Virus record (IMG/VR): IMGVR_UViG_3300005613_000071
Location: 1-60,342 of that record
DNA from: a virus
Lineage: Duplodnaviria; Caudoviricetes
Direction: 5' to 3' (one strand)
Length of the DNA: 60,342 nucleotides
Numbering within the stretch: position 1 is the stretch's first letter; the number at the start of each line of letters is the position of its first letter. The position numbers and the translations under genes are program-made. Under the pieces are notes generated by a model, which saw only the letters and a program-made list of their open reading frames with translations, was not told the DNA's origin and did not search any database. Of the stretch, positions 18,624 through 28,915 are shown piece after piece.

Positions 18624-21600
18624 AGATTTCTTGCATGATGTCGAGGATTGCTACGGTGTGGTTTCTGAAACCTCTCCCGTCAAACTCCTTGACTGAGTTG
18701 TACTTATCATTAATCTCATCGAGAGCCTCAACCTTTTCGTCATCGTTCATCATCTCATACTGAACGCTGTTCATCAGGTTCTCGACGTCTTGATATCTTT
18801 CTTTACCAGCCACAGCCATGAGGCTGTTCATCTGCTCCGTGTTGAAGTAAACCCCGCTCTGCACGAACTTCTCATCATTAAGGAAGGTGTAGTTCTTGCC
18901 GAGCATACGGAGAGCCATCAGTTCTTTTTTGCTTGTCACGTCTGGAACGCTCACCTTGCGCTTCTTGGCAAAGGATGGGGTTGATACCACTTTAGAAACT
19001 GTTTCGGTAGATTCGAACAGCCTGTAGATTTCCTGAGATACTGGGTCATCCTCGCCTTGTCTAAGCTTGGTCACATCAAACAACTGATACATCCATCCAA
19101 CATTGCCTCGTGGGTTCTGCTTGATAGGGTTGCCCTTCCAGTCTACACGAACAGGGATGTCTGCACCTCCAAACGTCCGATCTTTGATCGTGTATTCTAG
19201 GTTAGCCATAAGTCTCTCTGCGCGGTCCATGTCCTTGGTGATGCGTCTGTCTGGCAGGAACTCTCTCTGAGCTCTGTAGATAGCGCTAAACTGGTTTGGA
19301 AGTATGACTGACATACCTACGTTTGCGATGCTGTTCAAGAGGTTATCAGAGGATCTCTCTACCTCCCCGCCAGCGAGGATCTGCAAGAAGTCATTGAGCC
19401 CCTGCAAGAAGCTCTGCTCCATCATGGATCCAGCGGCAGTCAAAGGGCCTATGCTTACCATGTCTGAGAACATGTGTTTAGCAAAGTCAATAGCTCCATC
19501 GTACTCACGTTCCCTCACTTCTTCTTTGTCATACCCTACTGCAACAGCGGCCATCAACGCTCCAGGAAGCCCGAGCTTCATGTAGTTGACGAACACGTCA
19601 TCATCTTGCTTCGACGCATCCTCTCCAGAAAGCATGCGCTTAAGGGCTGAGATGTTTATACTAGTAGGGGGGAACTGGTCGTAAGCAAGGTTCTTCTCTT
19701 CGTCCTCATCCCACTGCACTGGACCAGACAGGATACCCTCAGACAACAGCATCACCGCTGTCTCTGTTACCACGGCTCCGATCATAGCCTTGGCCACGTG
19801 TCTCGAAGCCTCGTCAAGATTGCCCTTCTTCATTTCGCTTGAGGCTCTGGCCGCAGCTACAATAGGTGACGCAAACGTAGCGCTCTCGATAAGGATGTTA
19901 GCTGGCGTGCTACGGAACGGAATCATAAACCTAAGCAAGGCCTTTGCTGTTTGCTCACCGTTGATGTATGGCAACATGTCCAGGGCTTCACCCATCTTGC
20001 GCTCCACAAAGCCTATGCTTTCGTTTACACCCTTAGAGAATGCAGTCTCCTCTTGGAATGTGATTCTACGCCCAGCGCCTCTAGCCTTCTCAGCATTCTT
20101 TCGTGGTGGGTGCTTTAGGAAATCGGCCAACGCCTCACCCTCAAGCCCCATCTCCATGGCCTGCTCGTACAGATTCTTATCTTCAAAATACTTTCTGAAC
20201 GGCGTGTCACCCAGAGACAACAGACGGAACATTACCTCTGCTGGAACTCCGAACGACCCCTGTACTGCCAACTTAAGTCGTTGGCTAGGTGGGATATCCT
20301 TTCCGCTGATAGCAGCCATCATAGATCTAAACGGCATGAGGCCTCTCGACTGTCGCCACTCCGTCGTGTCTTTGTCTTGGCCCGTGATGACTTGATCGAT
20401 GGTATCGACGAAGTTCTCGCCCATGTGACTCATGGCGTAGAAGTACGCGCCAAGAGATACACGCCTGTCGGCGTCATACTCTTTGCCAGCCAGCCTTGAC
20501 AATGACGACATGAAGGCTTTGACAGGAGCGGCGGTAATGTCGACTCCTACATCAAGGATAGAGTTTACCCCGTTGGCTTCGATGTTAGTAACTTGAGACA
20601 TGGTGGTCAACAGGTTTCCTTGAGCAATCTGACCAAGTAGCTCGCCCCATCCGCGCTCAATAACTACGTTGGTGAACGTATCCATCTCTCTTTCTACAGC
20701 CTTCAGGCGCTTGACGGCGTCTTCAAGTTCCTTTCCTACCTTCTCTCCACGTATGGCCCTTGTCTCAAGGTCTTCCACCTGAGCCTGGGCCTGGAACATC
20801 TGACCAGCCAAGTCATCGAGACGCTTGGCTTGCTCCTCAGTTAGCTTGTTTCCTTTGGCTTCTGCTGCCGCCGTGATGATAGACACCAATCCTTTTGGCG
20901 AGCTCCTCTTTACCTCTCTAAAATGGCGAAGCAATCGTCCAGCGGTAGTGCCCATAGATGACATCTCAGCAATAAGGTCTGGGATGATGTCTGCCTCTCC
21001 CCTAGCTACAGCTCTTGCAAGCCTCTCTGCTTGAGCGAGAACGCCGAGGTTGTCGTTCATAGTAGAGATTCTTCCAAGCTGTTCGTCATTGACGATGTCG
21101 ATAAGCTCTTGGTCAGTAAGGTCCTGGACATCTTTCTTTAAAGACTTAAGCTTCTGTGGAGTAATGTAGTTGCGAGGATCCTTAACGATCTTGGTTCTAA
21201 TGTCTGGATCAAAGCGTCCCTTCTGGCGACTAGCCGTCTGACGCATCTTCTTCTTCGTAGCTGTTGCAATCGATGCACGCTCTACTGCATCAGCCATGTT
21301 AGCCGCCACCTGAGACTCGCTGACCGCAACATCAGAAGGTACAACCATATTGTCGTATGCCGCCTCAAGAGCTTCGCGTGAATCAAACTCCATACCAAGC
21401 ACACCCTTGGCGTACCCCTCAAAGCGAGCGACAGCCTTGTCATACTTGGCCCCGCGAGTAGTTCTCTTGATTCTAGATTCTTCTGACTCGATTGTGCCTC
21501 TATCCAGGATTGGGTCTGACATATCGTAGTACTCAATCTTACCTCTCAGGTATACGTCGTTACCGATGATAGTAGCTTCTTCAGCCGACTTAACTGGACG

Positions 21601-24600
21601 TCCAGCCATATCAACAAACACGTTGTGGCTGAATGGGTTAAACTTAACTCTAACCCCGTCATAGTTGAGGTCAGTGCCTGAACCCACAAACTCACCATTG
21701 ACACTAGCCATCGGGAACTTGTTTTCTTGGAACGTAACAATCTTCTCTCTTGCGTTTTGATTTACATAAAGCTCTACGTTCTTAACCGTTACTGCTGGAG
21801 CGTATGTCAATGCTTCGCCGCTAGCAGTCTTGTCGTGCACGGTCTGCACTGGAACGCCAGTGTTCTTCATGACGTTGAGGTTGAGTCGGATACCTACCTT
21901 TTTCCCTGGCTCTATGTTGACTCCCTTAGCCAGGATGCGTCGTGAAGTAGCATCTGTTGACAACGCCTCATCGACTACAGTCTTGGATATCTTTACACTT
22001 GCACCCCTGACCTTAGTCATGGTGCCAACGTCTTTAGTTCTTGTTCTGAAGAGGCTGTTCTCTGCTGCATCTATGGTCTTGCCTTCGAGCTTGGTGTTAA
22101 GCTTTCTTCCTGGGGTAGGCATAACCTTCTCTGTAATTGGGTCTACGTTATCGAAAGACAAAGCCAGCTGATCACCAGGGACAGCATCCAACCCAACTGT
22201 GTTTGCGTCAGATCCGATAGACCGCTCCATCGCTGACTTGTAGTCGCTAATGAATGGCCTTCCTTGGTAGCTACTCATGGAGTACACGCCGTCGTGATAC
22301 ATGAGTTGCTGTACTTGGAATGGAGTCAACCCCATCTTTTTAGCAACCTTCTTCACAAACAGAGTAGACTCTGAATCATCATAGACGTCAAAATCTCTGA
22401 GCCTTTCAATCTGATTTCCAACCAGCTCTTTATAGATTCTAGCTGCGCCGTTTCTTACCTTGTCGTCACCCTTAGACTTGAGGTCTCTGATGGTGGCAAA
22501 CACCTCGGCATCAGAAGCCATTGCGTTCACGTCTGCTCCTAGCGCATTTAAGCGGGCAATAGCTGACGTTCTTACATCTTCTGATATGACTAGGCCCTCG
22601 GAGTAATCAACTTGATTAAACCTGCCTCTAAATACGTTGAACTGATCACGGAAGTGTCCGTCTTTAGGGATGGCATTCTTATCTCCAGTGTTTCCAAGGT
22701 ACAGATCTGCAAGCTTAGTTGTGTTTGCTCCGATCATAGACGCCAAGGCTGGGATGTTGCGAGAATCTCTCTTCTTGGCGGACTTGATGAATTGCTCCTC
22801 GTTCAACTTGCCGTCGATGTAGTACTGCTTGAAGATCTCGTTAATGTCAGACAAGTGTTTAGCCATGGTGTTAGCTCTGTCGCCTCGAACCATGCCGAGG
22901 GTACCGTCTTGTTCTCTCTTTGAGATGGCTTCAATCCTTCCTGGGGAGATGAACTCAGTAGCTCCGCTCTGCACGCGCTTGAGCCCAGCCTTAAATAGCT
23001 GCAAGCTTAGGTTTAAGTTTGGATCGATCTGAGACCCATTGGACGTGTATGACACGAGAAGGTCGTACATCATTTTAAAATCCATTGGATTGACCTCTAT
23101 TGATTCGTCAGCCGCAATAGACTTCATGACCTCGGACCTGCCCTCCTCGTAGTTACCTACTGCATCAGCCACGTCGGTGTTATGATCGTGAATCAAGTGT
23201 TGACGCAAGATGTCTAGTGACTGAGCAGCAATATCCACGCTCTGTTCGAGTGTTGGGTTATCGCCAATCTGCTGCTTAACCAAGCTGCTCTCCATTTGAA
23301 GCAACGATGACTTGTCATTAATCGAGCACGTTCCAGCACCAACCGCGCACAAGGCTCTGGCCTTGTCTCGAAGCTGTGCTTGGTATCTAGTAGACACCTC
23401 TGGGTCTGATACTATCCTGTCCGTAAAGGCGTACGCGGCTCTCTCAGTCACCCCGTCAGAGTCGTCGACGCCGAACTCTTCGTTGGCTTGCTGATATGCT
23501 TCTTGCACTTCCTCAAGGGTGGCGTAATCGTGGATGATGTCGTAAGCAAAGTCCTCCTTGGTGTAGTACTTGTCAACCTTTTGTTGTTCAATCTCATAGA
23601 TCGCATCCACCCTGTCTTGATCCATGGTCTTTACGATACGTTCAAGAGCAGAGATGTAATCCTTACCCATGTATGGCGGCTCACCCTTTGTCTTGCGTCG
23701 CTCTATATTGAGAAGCTTCGTAAACTTAGGCAGGATGTCTCTTTTGATCGAGTCTTTTTCTTTGGCTACGCGCGCTTTATCTTCTTTATATACTGGGGGC
23801 CGAAGCTTCCAGCTCTTCATGACGTCAGCATTGACAGGCTCTGTACTCCCGTCTGGCTTAACTAGCTCAAATTGTCCATACCTAACACTGCCCTTGCCCT
23901 TGCCCATGTCAGTGGCGTACTTCCACCAGTTAATGAAGTCCCACTTGCCGTTGAAAGTCTTCTCTTCTACGAATGAATTAGACGGACCGCCAAACCTATC
24001 ATAGAGCCCTCTTACATACTTGATTTTAAATGATCCACTCTCAGGAAGTTTGGACGGAGACAGAGCTGCTCTCTCAGTCGTGGTTTCTGCTGCTGTCTCT
24101 GACACAACAAAAGCCTCGCCAGTTTTAAGAGATCGCTGCAACTTCTGAAGAATAGGCTTAGCCTGCGAGATGTCCTCGATAAGCATAGCGTCCCGTCCAA
24201 GGGTGGCCTTCATGAACTTGTTGATGGCTACTCTGATGCGGTCAAGAAGATTCGGATCGGAGTAATCGTAGTTAAGGAGTTCTGTAAAGTATTCTACGAT
24301 CTGCTCTTCTGTAACCTCTTGCTCTTTTGCGTTGCGAACTTTACGATACAAGTCGCCCTTCTGCTCCACAATAGAGACGAGCTCTTCCTTGCCTGAGTTC
24401 CGAGCTATACCTTCGAGTTCATCGATCAGTCCGTACACCACCTTGGGGTTGTTCTTGTACGCCTTTCTCAGGGCTGGGCCTATGGTAGTGTGGAGCACCT
24501 CCTCTACAATAACTGCTCGTGGGTCCTTGCCACTCTTTCTAGATTCAGCTAGCCGCTTAGCATTCAGGTGTATTTCAATGCTCCCGTCTGGATTGTTTAC

Positions 24601-27525
24601 TGCAAGAGCGTTCGTTGGGGCGACCACATTAGATGATCTATCGCCAGACTCCTGAGTGTTGTGAACCACCACCTTGAAGTTCGAGCCAGCAGCAGCCTTA
24701 AGCGCTGGAGCAAGCATCTTGTTGATGACCCTAATGTCCTTTTTCGTGAGACCAGGGATAGACGTAATAGCTAGGCTGCCATCACTCTTGGCTTGAAACT
24801 CATCGAACTCTCCGTCAATACCACGGGAAGCAACTTTTTCTTGAGGCTGTTCTCTTACCTCTTCTTTGGTCGGCTCAACCTTAGGCTCGACAGGCTTAAC
24901 GAGATTTCGGATATCAGCAACCCTCTCGGCCTCTGGCTTCAGGTCTCCCTCAGCAGTGCCCGTTCCACCCGTGTCGATCTCCTCCATATTCTTGAGATCC
25001 CAAACAGCCTTCTGGTTGTACTGCTTACCAAGCTCAATGCCTACCTCTTTATCTACTGTGGCGGCTACGTCAATGTATGTCTTATTGTCGTTTGCATCGA
25101 ACCAAGTTCCTACTGAGATCACATCCTCGTTGCCTTCGAACAAGTCGTTGTTATCCTTCACGAATGCTTCGAGATCTTCTGCTGAGATGTCACCCTCGAC
25201 AATCTTGCTTCTCTCTGGGAAGATGCTTACGCTAGTCTTTTCTTGTCCAGCCTGATTTATTCCGTCGAGAGTAAACGTAGACCCCTTAGCTTCTTGGTCT
25301 GCATTGTGGTTTTCAAGCTGAGCTGCAGCTGAGTATTGCTGCGTAACTTCTGGAGCCTTCTCTTCAATGTTTGGGTTTATAGCCTTAAGCCCCAAGTGGT
25401 TGCGAAGGTCCTGCTCTGCAATGTACGCTTCTTCTGCAGCCTTTGTGAGCTCCTCGGTCATACCAGCCTGCGTTTGTGAAGCGCCTCGCTCGTCGCGCAA
25501 TACGCTTCTCTTCTCGCCGAGAACTCCGAGCAGTCTCAATGCTTCCTTCCTGTGGTCATTAGCTTTGTTGAGCCTGTCTGACAAGTCAGATATCACACGA
25601 GGATCGGTATCAACCCCCACTGCTCCGCTCATAGCTTCGTCAAGGGATTCTTTAAGAACAGCAACTTCGCCTCTAATGTTGTCCATCCTGTGGGCAACGC
25701 GAGAGTCCTCGTACTTTCTGCGCTCTTCTATATTCAGGTCAGTGCTCTCACCAGAGTGAGAGTTAATAATGCGCATGCGCTGGTCAACCAACGTGAAGAT
25801 GTTGCCAGTCAGCGCCTCAAGCTCTACGTCACTAACTCCTTGCTTCTGAGCATTCTTGTATCTGATAGTGGCTTGCTCAATAGCGATGTCAATATTATTG
25901 ATTCTCTCCATCTCTTTTGGATGGCGGAGTGTCATCATCCTATAGAACGTTTCCTTGGTAGCTTTCTCTTGCTGAAGCTGTTGGTCAAAGTTCTTTGAGA
26001 GTAGAGGGTCCACAGACTGTGACTTGTTCAAGGACTCAACGTTCTGCTGATCCTTGGACGTCATGCCGCTTTTCTCTACGCGAGAGTTGACGGCTGCCTG
26101 TGGTCTGCGAACAGCGTCGGCTCCCGCATCGAGTGCACGACGCGCACCTCCTGGGGCAGCGATAGTGCCTGAAGAGGCAATACCCATGACGGTAGCCTCA
26201 AGCCACCTGTCGAAGTAGTCGTCACCAGTGTAGTCTACGTTACCACCGATGTCCTCAGACAGCATGCGTGACGCCTCTTGCAATCCCTCAACACCACCCT
26301 CCGACAAAGCCTCAAGGCCTTGGTGTCTAAGGTATGTTCTAAGAGCTTCTGTAGCAGTCTCCTTCCTGAGGGGGTTGCTGATCATGTTCTTGAATGACCT
26401 CTTCAGGATGCTAGATTGAATAGATCCACCGCCAGCTGTAAGGGCGCCGTCCGCCACAGACATAAAGATTCTAGCAGCCTCTCCTTTAGCCGTGTCATCG
26501 AAGACAGGCTCTAATCCCTGCTGAATCCTGTTAAGATCTTCTCTCTCTGAGTCTTGGTAAGTGTTAGATGCAGCCACCGTGCCGCCGACAGCAATGCCTA
26601 CTGGCCCGAGAGCTGCCGCCGCAATGTACGGGGCACTGCCAGACACGGCTCTAGTGGATCTAGTAACGAGTTCAGCAACATCTCCAATGCTGTTAATATC
26701 CGTGGCTCTTTCCACAAAGCCTGTAGTGTACTGAGTTGTATAATCCGTTCTGGCTTTTTCTGTGAAGTCAGAAAGCTCCTGGTCTATAGATCTTTTGTAT
26801 GACTCTCTTACTTCGGCAGACATATATCCAGGCATAGCTGCGGCAGCAGAAGACATTGGGCCAGACAAGAAGTCAATCGTAGACATGCCCAGCTCAACAG
26901 CGTTGTCTCTAAAGAAGTCCCAAACACCACCACCAAAGCCAGTAGTCTCATTGTATCTGTCGTCACCATCCAGCGGGATAGCCAGCCCAAACTGGGAGTA
27001 GAGTCTGTTCGCGTAATCTTCTTTGTCTACGTCAGCCTCGCCGATTCTATTGTTGATCTCGTCGCTGTATCGAGAAAGCAGATCCTTTTGCTTATCTGAA
27101 GCCTTCTTATTGATGGCCTGCTGAATCTCGAAGCTCTTTTGCTCATCGGTCTTGTCCGTAGATCGGATGTCACTGACCATGGAGTTAAACTCTTCGTCAT
27201 CAAAAACGCTAGCATGAAGTTCTGCTTGGTCTGCAGCGAAGCGCTCGGCATACTCTCTACCGATACCGCTTACACTAAGATCTTGTGCGGGCGGAGAAGA
27301 AGCCAATTCTTCTTCCGAAGGCACTGAAGCTATAAGCGGTGTAGTTGTCGCCTCTGGTGATTCTAAATCTTTTTTTTTTGACTCATCAATCAGACCACTC
27401 GCATAATTCAATATGCCATCGTAGTCTATAGACTCGTCTTCAAAGTACAGTTCGTTGGCAATCCATGATGGGTTTTTACCTGCTGTGATGTACTCTTGTA
27501 TTCTTGCTTGAAGCTGTTCGTTCAT
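18598..27525 (-). CDS. Giant (2975 aa) multidomain virion cargo/ejection (polyvalent) protein
   Basis: Last gene of the virion operon; Gly/Ala-rich membrane-like segments; several embedded enzyme-like domains. Confidence 0.8.
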   Translation of the reverse strand: MNEQLQARIQEYITAGKNPSWIANELYFEDESIDYDGILNYASGLIDESKKKDLESPEATTTPLIASVPSEEELASSPPAQDLSVSGIGREYAERFAADQAELHASVFDDEEFNSMVSDIRSTDKTDEQKSFEIQQAINKKASDKQKDLLSRYSDEINNRIGEADVDKEDYANRLYSQFGLAIPLDGDDRYNETTGFGGGVWDFFRDNAVELGMSTIDFLSGPMSSAAAAMPGYMSAEVRESYKRSIDQELSDFTEKARTDYTTQYTTGFVERATDINSIGDVAELVTRSTRAVSGSAPYIAAAALGPVGIAVGGTVAASNTYQDSEREDLNRIQQGLEPVFDDTAKGEAARIFMSVADGALTAGGGSIQSSILKRSFKNMISNPLRKETATEALRTYLRHQGLEALSEGGVEGLQEASRMLSEDIGGNVDYTGDDYFDRWLEATVMGIASSGTIAAPGGARRALDAGADAVRRPQAAVNSRVEKSGMTSKDQQNVESLNKSQSVDPLLSKNFDQQLQQEKATKETFYRMMTLRHPKEMERINNIDIAIEQATIRYKNAQKQGVSDVELEALTGNIFTLVDQRMRIINSHSGESTDLNIEERRKYEDSRVAHRMDNIRGEVAVLKESLDEAMSGAVGVDTDPRVISDLSDRLNKANDHRKEALRLLGVLGEKRSVLRDERGASQTQAGMTEELTKAAEEAYIAEQDLRNHLGLKAINPNIEEKAPEVTQQYSAAAQLENHNADQEAKGSTFTLDGINQAGQEKTSVSIFPERSKIVEGDISAEDLEAFVKDNNDLFEGNEDVISVGTWFDANDNKTYIDVAATVDKEVGIELGKQYNQKAVWDLKNMEEIDTGGTGTAEGDLKPEAERVADIRNLVKPVEPKVEPTKEEVREQPQEKVASRGIDGEFDEFQAKSDGSLAITSIPGLTKKDIRVINKMLAPALKAAAGSNFKVVVHNTQESGDRSSNVVAPTNALAVNNPDGSIEIHLNAKRLAESRKSGKDPRAVIVEEVLHTTIGPALRKAYKNNPKVVYGLIDELEGIARNSGKEELVSIVEQKGDLYRKVRNAKEQEVTEEQIVEYFTELLNYDYSDPNLLDRIRVAINKFMKATLGRDAMLIEDISQAKPILQKLQRSLKTGEAFVVSETAAETTTERAALSPSKLPESGSFKIKYVRGLYDRFGGPSNSFVEEKTFNGKWDFINWWKYATDMGKGKGSVRYGQFELVKPDGSTEPVNADVMKSWKLRPPVYKEDKARVAKEKDSIKRDILPKFTKLLNIERRKTKGEPPYMGKDYISALERIVKTMDQDRVDAIYEIEQQKVDKYYTKEDFAYDIIHDYATLEEVQEAYQQANEEFGVDDSDGVTERAAYAFTDRIVSDPEVSTRYQAQLRDKARALCAVGAGTCSINDKSSLLQMESSLVKQQIGDNPTLEQSVDIAAQSLDILRQHLIHDHNTDVADAVGNYEEGRSEVMKSIAADESIEVNPMDFKMMYDLLVSYTSNGSQIDPNLNLSLQLFKAGLKRVQSGATEFISPGRIEAISKREQDGTLGMVRGDRANTMAKHLSDINEIFKQYYIDGKLNEEQFIKSAKKRDSRNIPALASMIGANTTKLADLYLGNTGDKNAIPKDGHFRDQFNVFRGRFNQVDYSEGLVISEDVRTSAIARLNALGADVNAMASDAEVFATIRDLKSKGDDKVRNGAARIYKELVGNQIERLRDFDVYDDSESTLFVKKVAKKMGLTPFQVQQLMYHDGVYSMSSYQGRPFISDYKSAMERSIGSDANTVGLDAVPGDQLALSFDNVDPITEKVMPTPGRKLNTKLEGKTIDAAENSLFRTRTKDVGTMTKVRGASVKISKTVVDEALSTDATSRRILAKGVNIEPGKKVGIRLNLNVMKNTGVPVQTVHDKTASGEALTYAPAVTVKNVELYVNQNAREKIVTFQENKFPMASVNGEFVGSGTDLNYDGVRVKFNPFSHNVFVDMAGRPVKSAEEATIIGNDVYLRGKIEYYDMSDPILDRGTIESEESRIKRTTRGAKYDKAVARFEGYAKGVLGMEFDSREALEAAYDNMVVPSDVAVSESQVAANMADAVERASIATATKKKMRQTASRQKGRFDPDIRTKIVKDPRNYITPQKLKSLKKDVQDLTDQELIDIVNDEQLGRISTMNDNLGVLAQAERLARAVARGEADIIPDLIAEMSSMGTTAGRLLRHFREVKRSSPKGLVSIITAAAEAKGNKLTEEQAKRLDDLAGQMFQAQAQVEDLETRAIRGEKVGKELEDAVKRLKAVEREMDTFTNVVIERGWGELLGQIAQGNLLTTMSQVTNIEANGVNSILDVGVDITAAPVKAFMSSLSRLAGKEYDADRRVSLGAYFYAMSHMGENFVDTIDQVITGQDKDTTEWRQSRGLMPFRSMMAAISGKDIPPSQRLKLAVQGSFGVPAEVMFRLLSLGDTPFRKYFEDKNLYEQAMEMGLEGEALADFLKHPPRKNAEKARGAGRRITFQEETAFSKGVNESIGFVERKMGEALDMLPYINGEQTAKALLRFMIPFRSTPANILIESATFASPIVAAARASSEMKKGNLDEASRHVAKAMIGAVVTETAVMLLSEGILSGPVQWDEDEEKNLAYDQFPPTSINISALKRMLSGEDASKQDDDVFVNYMKLGLPGALMAAVAVGYDKEEVREREYDGAIDFAKHMFSDMVSIGPLTAAGSMMEQSFLQGLNDFLQILAGGEVERSSDNLLNSIANVGMSVILPNQFSAIYRAQREFLPDRRITKDMDRAERLMANLEYTIKDRTFGGADIPVRVDWKGNPIKQNPRGNVGWMYQLFDVTKLRQGEDDPVSQEIYRLFESTETVSKVVSTPSFAKKRKVSVPDVTSKKELMALRMLGKNYTFLNDEKFVQSGVYFNTEQMNSLMAVAGKERYQDVENLMNSVQYEMMNDDEKVEALDEINDKYNSVKEFDGRGFRNHTVAILDIMQEIYESGKQED

Positions 27526-27565
27526 GGTAAACGGCTGATTTCAAGCAAAGATAAGGAAATGTGTG

Positions 27566-28915
27566 TTACTGTCCTCGCCGCCGAATCTCCTTAAGAAGGA
27601 TATTCATGTCGGTATTGTTTATATTAAGGGCACCCATAAGCGCGGTTCTAGTAGCTGATTTGGGTGACGGGTTGAGTTCAAAGTCTGACTCGACTCCATC
27701 CGTGCCCGTTACAACAACGGTGTACGTTTCAGAGCCTGGGTTGTAAATCAACTGCTGGACCTTAGCTCCGCGCATCTCACCAGTACGCAAGACCTCACCA
27801 CCTAACGCTACGCCCGTTCCGCCAATAGACGTTTCATCAGGCATGCCTTCGTTCTTAGTGTAGTTGATGTCACCAATCTGGCCGACTAGTTTCTCAGCAC
27901 TACTGCCCATCTCATACCCTTCTTCTTTCTTTTCTTCTTTCTCTCTCTGCTCGTCTCTCCACTCCTGAAGCATTTCTTGCACGTAGTCGTACTGGTCTTT
28001 AGACATGGATTCAAAACCCTTAGAGCTGCTCGGGTGCTTAGCTATCAGGGCATTACCCTGATTCGACTCTACAGATACAAACTCGCCAGTAGCTCCAGCC
28101 TTCTCTTGAGACCTTCTTCGCGTAACCTGCGGGTTGTTCAACACGTAATTAATAAAGGCTGACTCAGCCTCCACCTCGGTGTCGTACAAGTTGCCCCACT
28201 TCTCCTTGATGACCTTATCTCTTCCAGTCATAACTGGCACTGGCTGCAAGTCTGGCTTGGAGAGGTTTACCAAGTCGTTAAAGTAATCCTCTTTGGTGTC
28301 GTACTTCTTTATGATGCCTCCATCCTTGTCGCGCACGAAATACTTACCTCCAGATTTGGTAACTCTATTGTCCCTCATAGAAGCACCCTCCCCCACTGTC
28401 AGGTTGAAGTCAAGCGTACCAGCCTTCTTGTTGTACACTTCCCCAACACCAGCTATGTCGGTTGTAGCCGCTTGGTTTGGATCCTCGCCGACCTTAAGGA
28501 ACAGACTGTGCTCCTCTTCAAGGGCTTTAAAGTTTTTAATAGCCTCGGTGTACACAGTCTCTGCCTGAGACATCTCATTGTTAAACTTATCGACATCAGC
28601 TTTAAATCTAGCTATGTCGTTTAAGTTCGAAAAATCATAAGCATCTTCAGCTCTGCCCCCAATCCTGTCTTTTATCTCATTAGCATCAGCAGCAAACATA
28701 GACCTAGTAGCTTCATCATTAGTGAAGTCAGCGTCTTTAACCCTAGATCTAGCCTCAGCTTCACGGCGACCGATCTCCATCTTAGCACCAGCAAAGCCAG
28801 AGCCTACTCCAGCAATAGCCTTACCAGCTTCACGGATGCCCTGTATATAAGCTTCGCCAGCAGCAGACTTTCTAGTGTCGAATCTCCCGAGACCAGCAAT
28901 GTTACCCTCTGCCAT
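27566..28915 (-). CDS. Putative internal virion/ejection protein
   Basis: Lies between pilot-like and giant genes; helical N-terminus. Confidence 0.6.
   Translation of the reverse strand: MAEGNIAGLGRFDTRKSAAGEAYIQGIREAGKAIAGVGSGFAGAKMEIGRREAEARSRVKDADFTNDEATRSMFAADANEIKDRIGGRAEDAYDFSNLNDIARFKADVDKFNNEMSQAETVYTEAIKNFKALEEEHSLFLKVGEDPNQAATTDIAGVGEVYNKKAGTLDFNLTVGEGASMRDNRVTKSGGKYFVRDKDGGIIKKYDTKEDYFNDLVNLSKPDLQPVPVMTGRDKVIKEKWGNLYDTEVEAESAFINYVLNNPQVTRRRSQEKAGATGEFVSVESNQGNALIAKHPSSSKGFESMSKDQYDYVQEMLQEWRDEQREKEEKKEEGYEMGSSAEKLVGQIGDINYTKNEGMPDETSIGGTGVALGGEVLRTGEMRGAKVQQLIYNPGSETYTVVVTGTDGVESDFELNPSPKSATRTALMGALNINNTDMNILLKEIRRRGQ

Noticed and set aside
18598-27525. Giant protein as a crAss-type virion RNA polymerase
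   Set aside because: No convincing DxDxD catalytic motif (DFDID/DFDGD type) seen, and host-type promoters are widespread; remote homology cannot be excluded without profile searches
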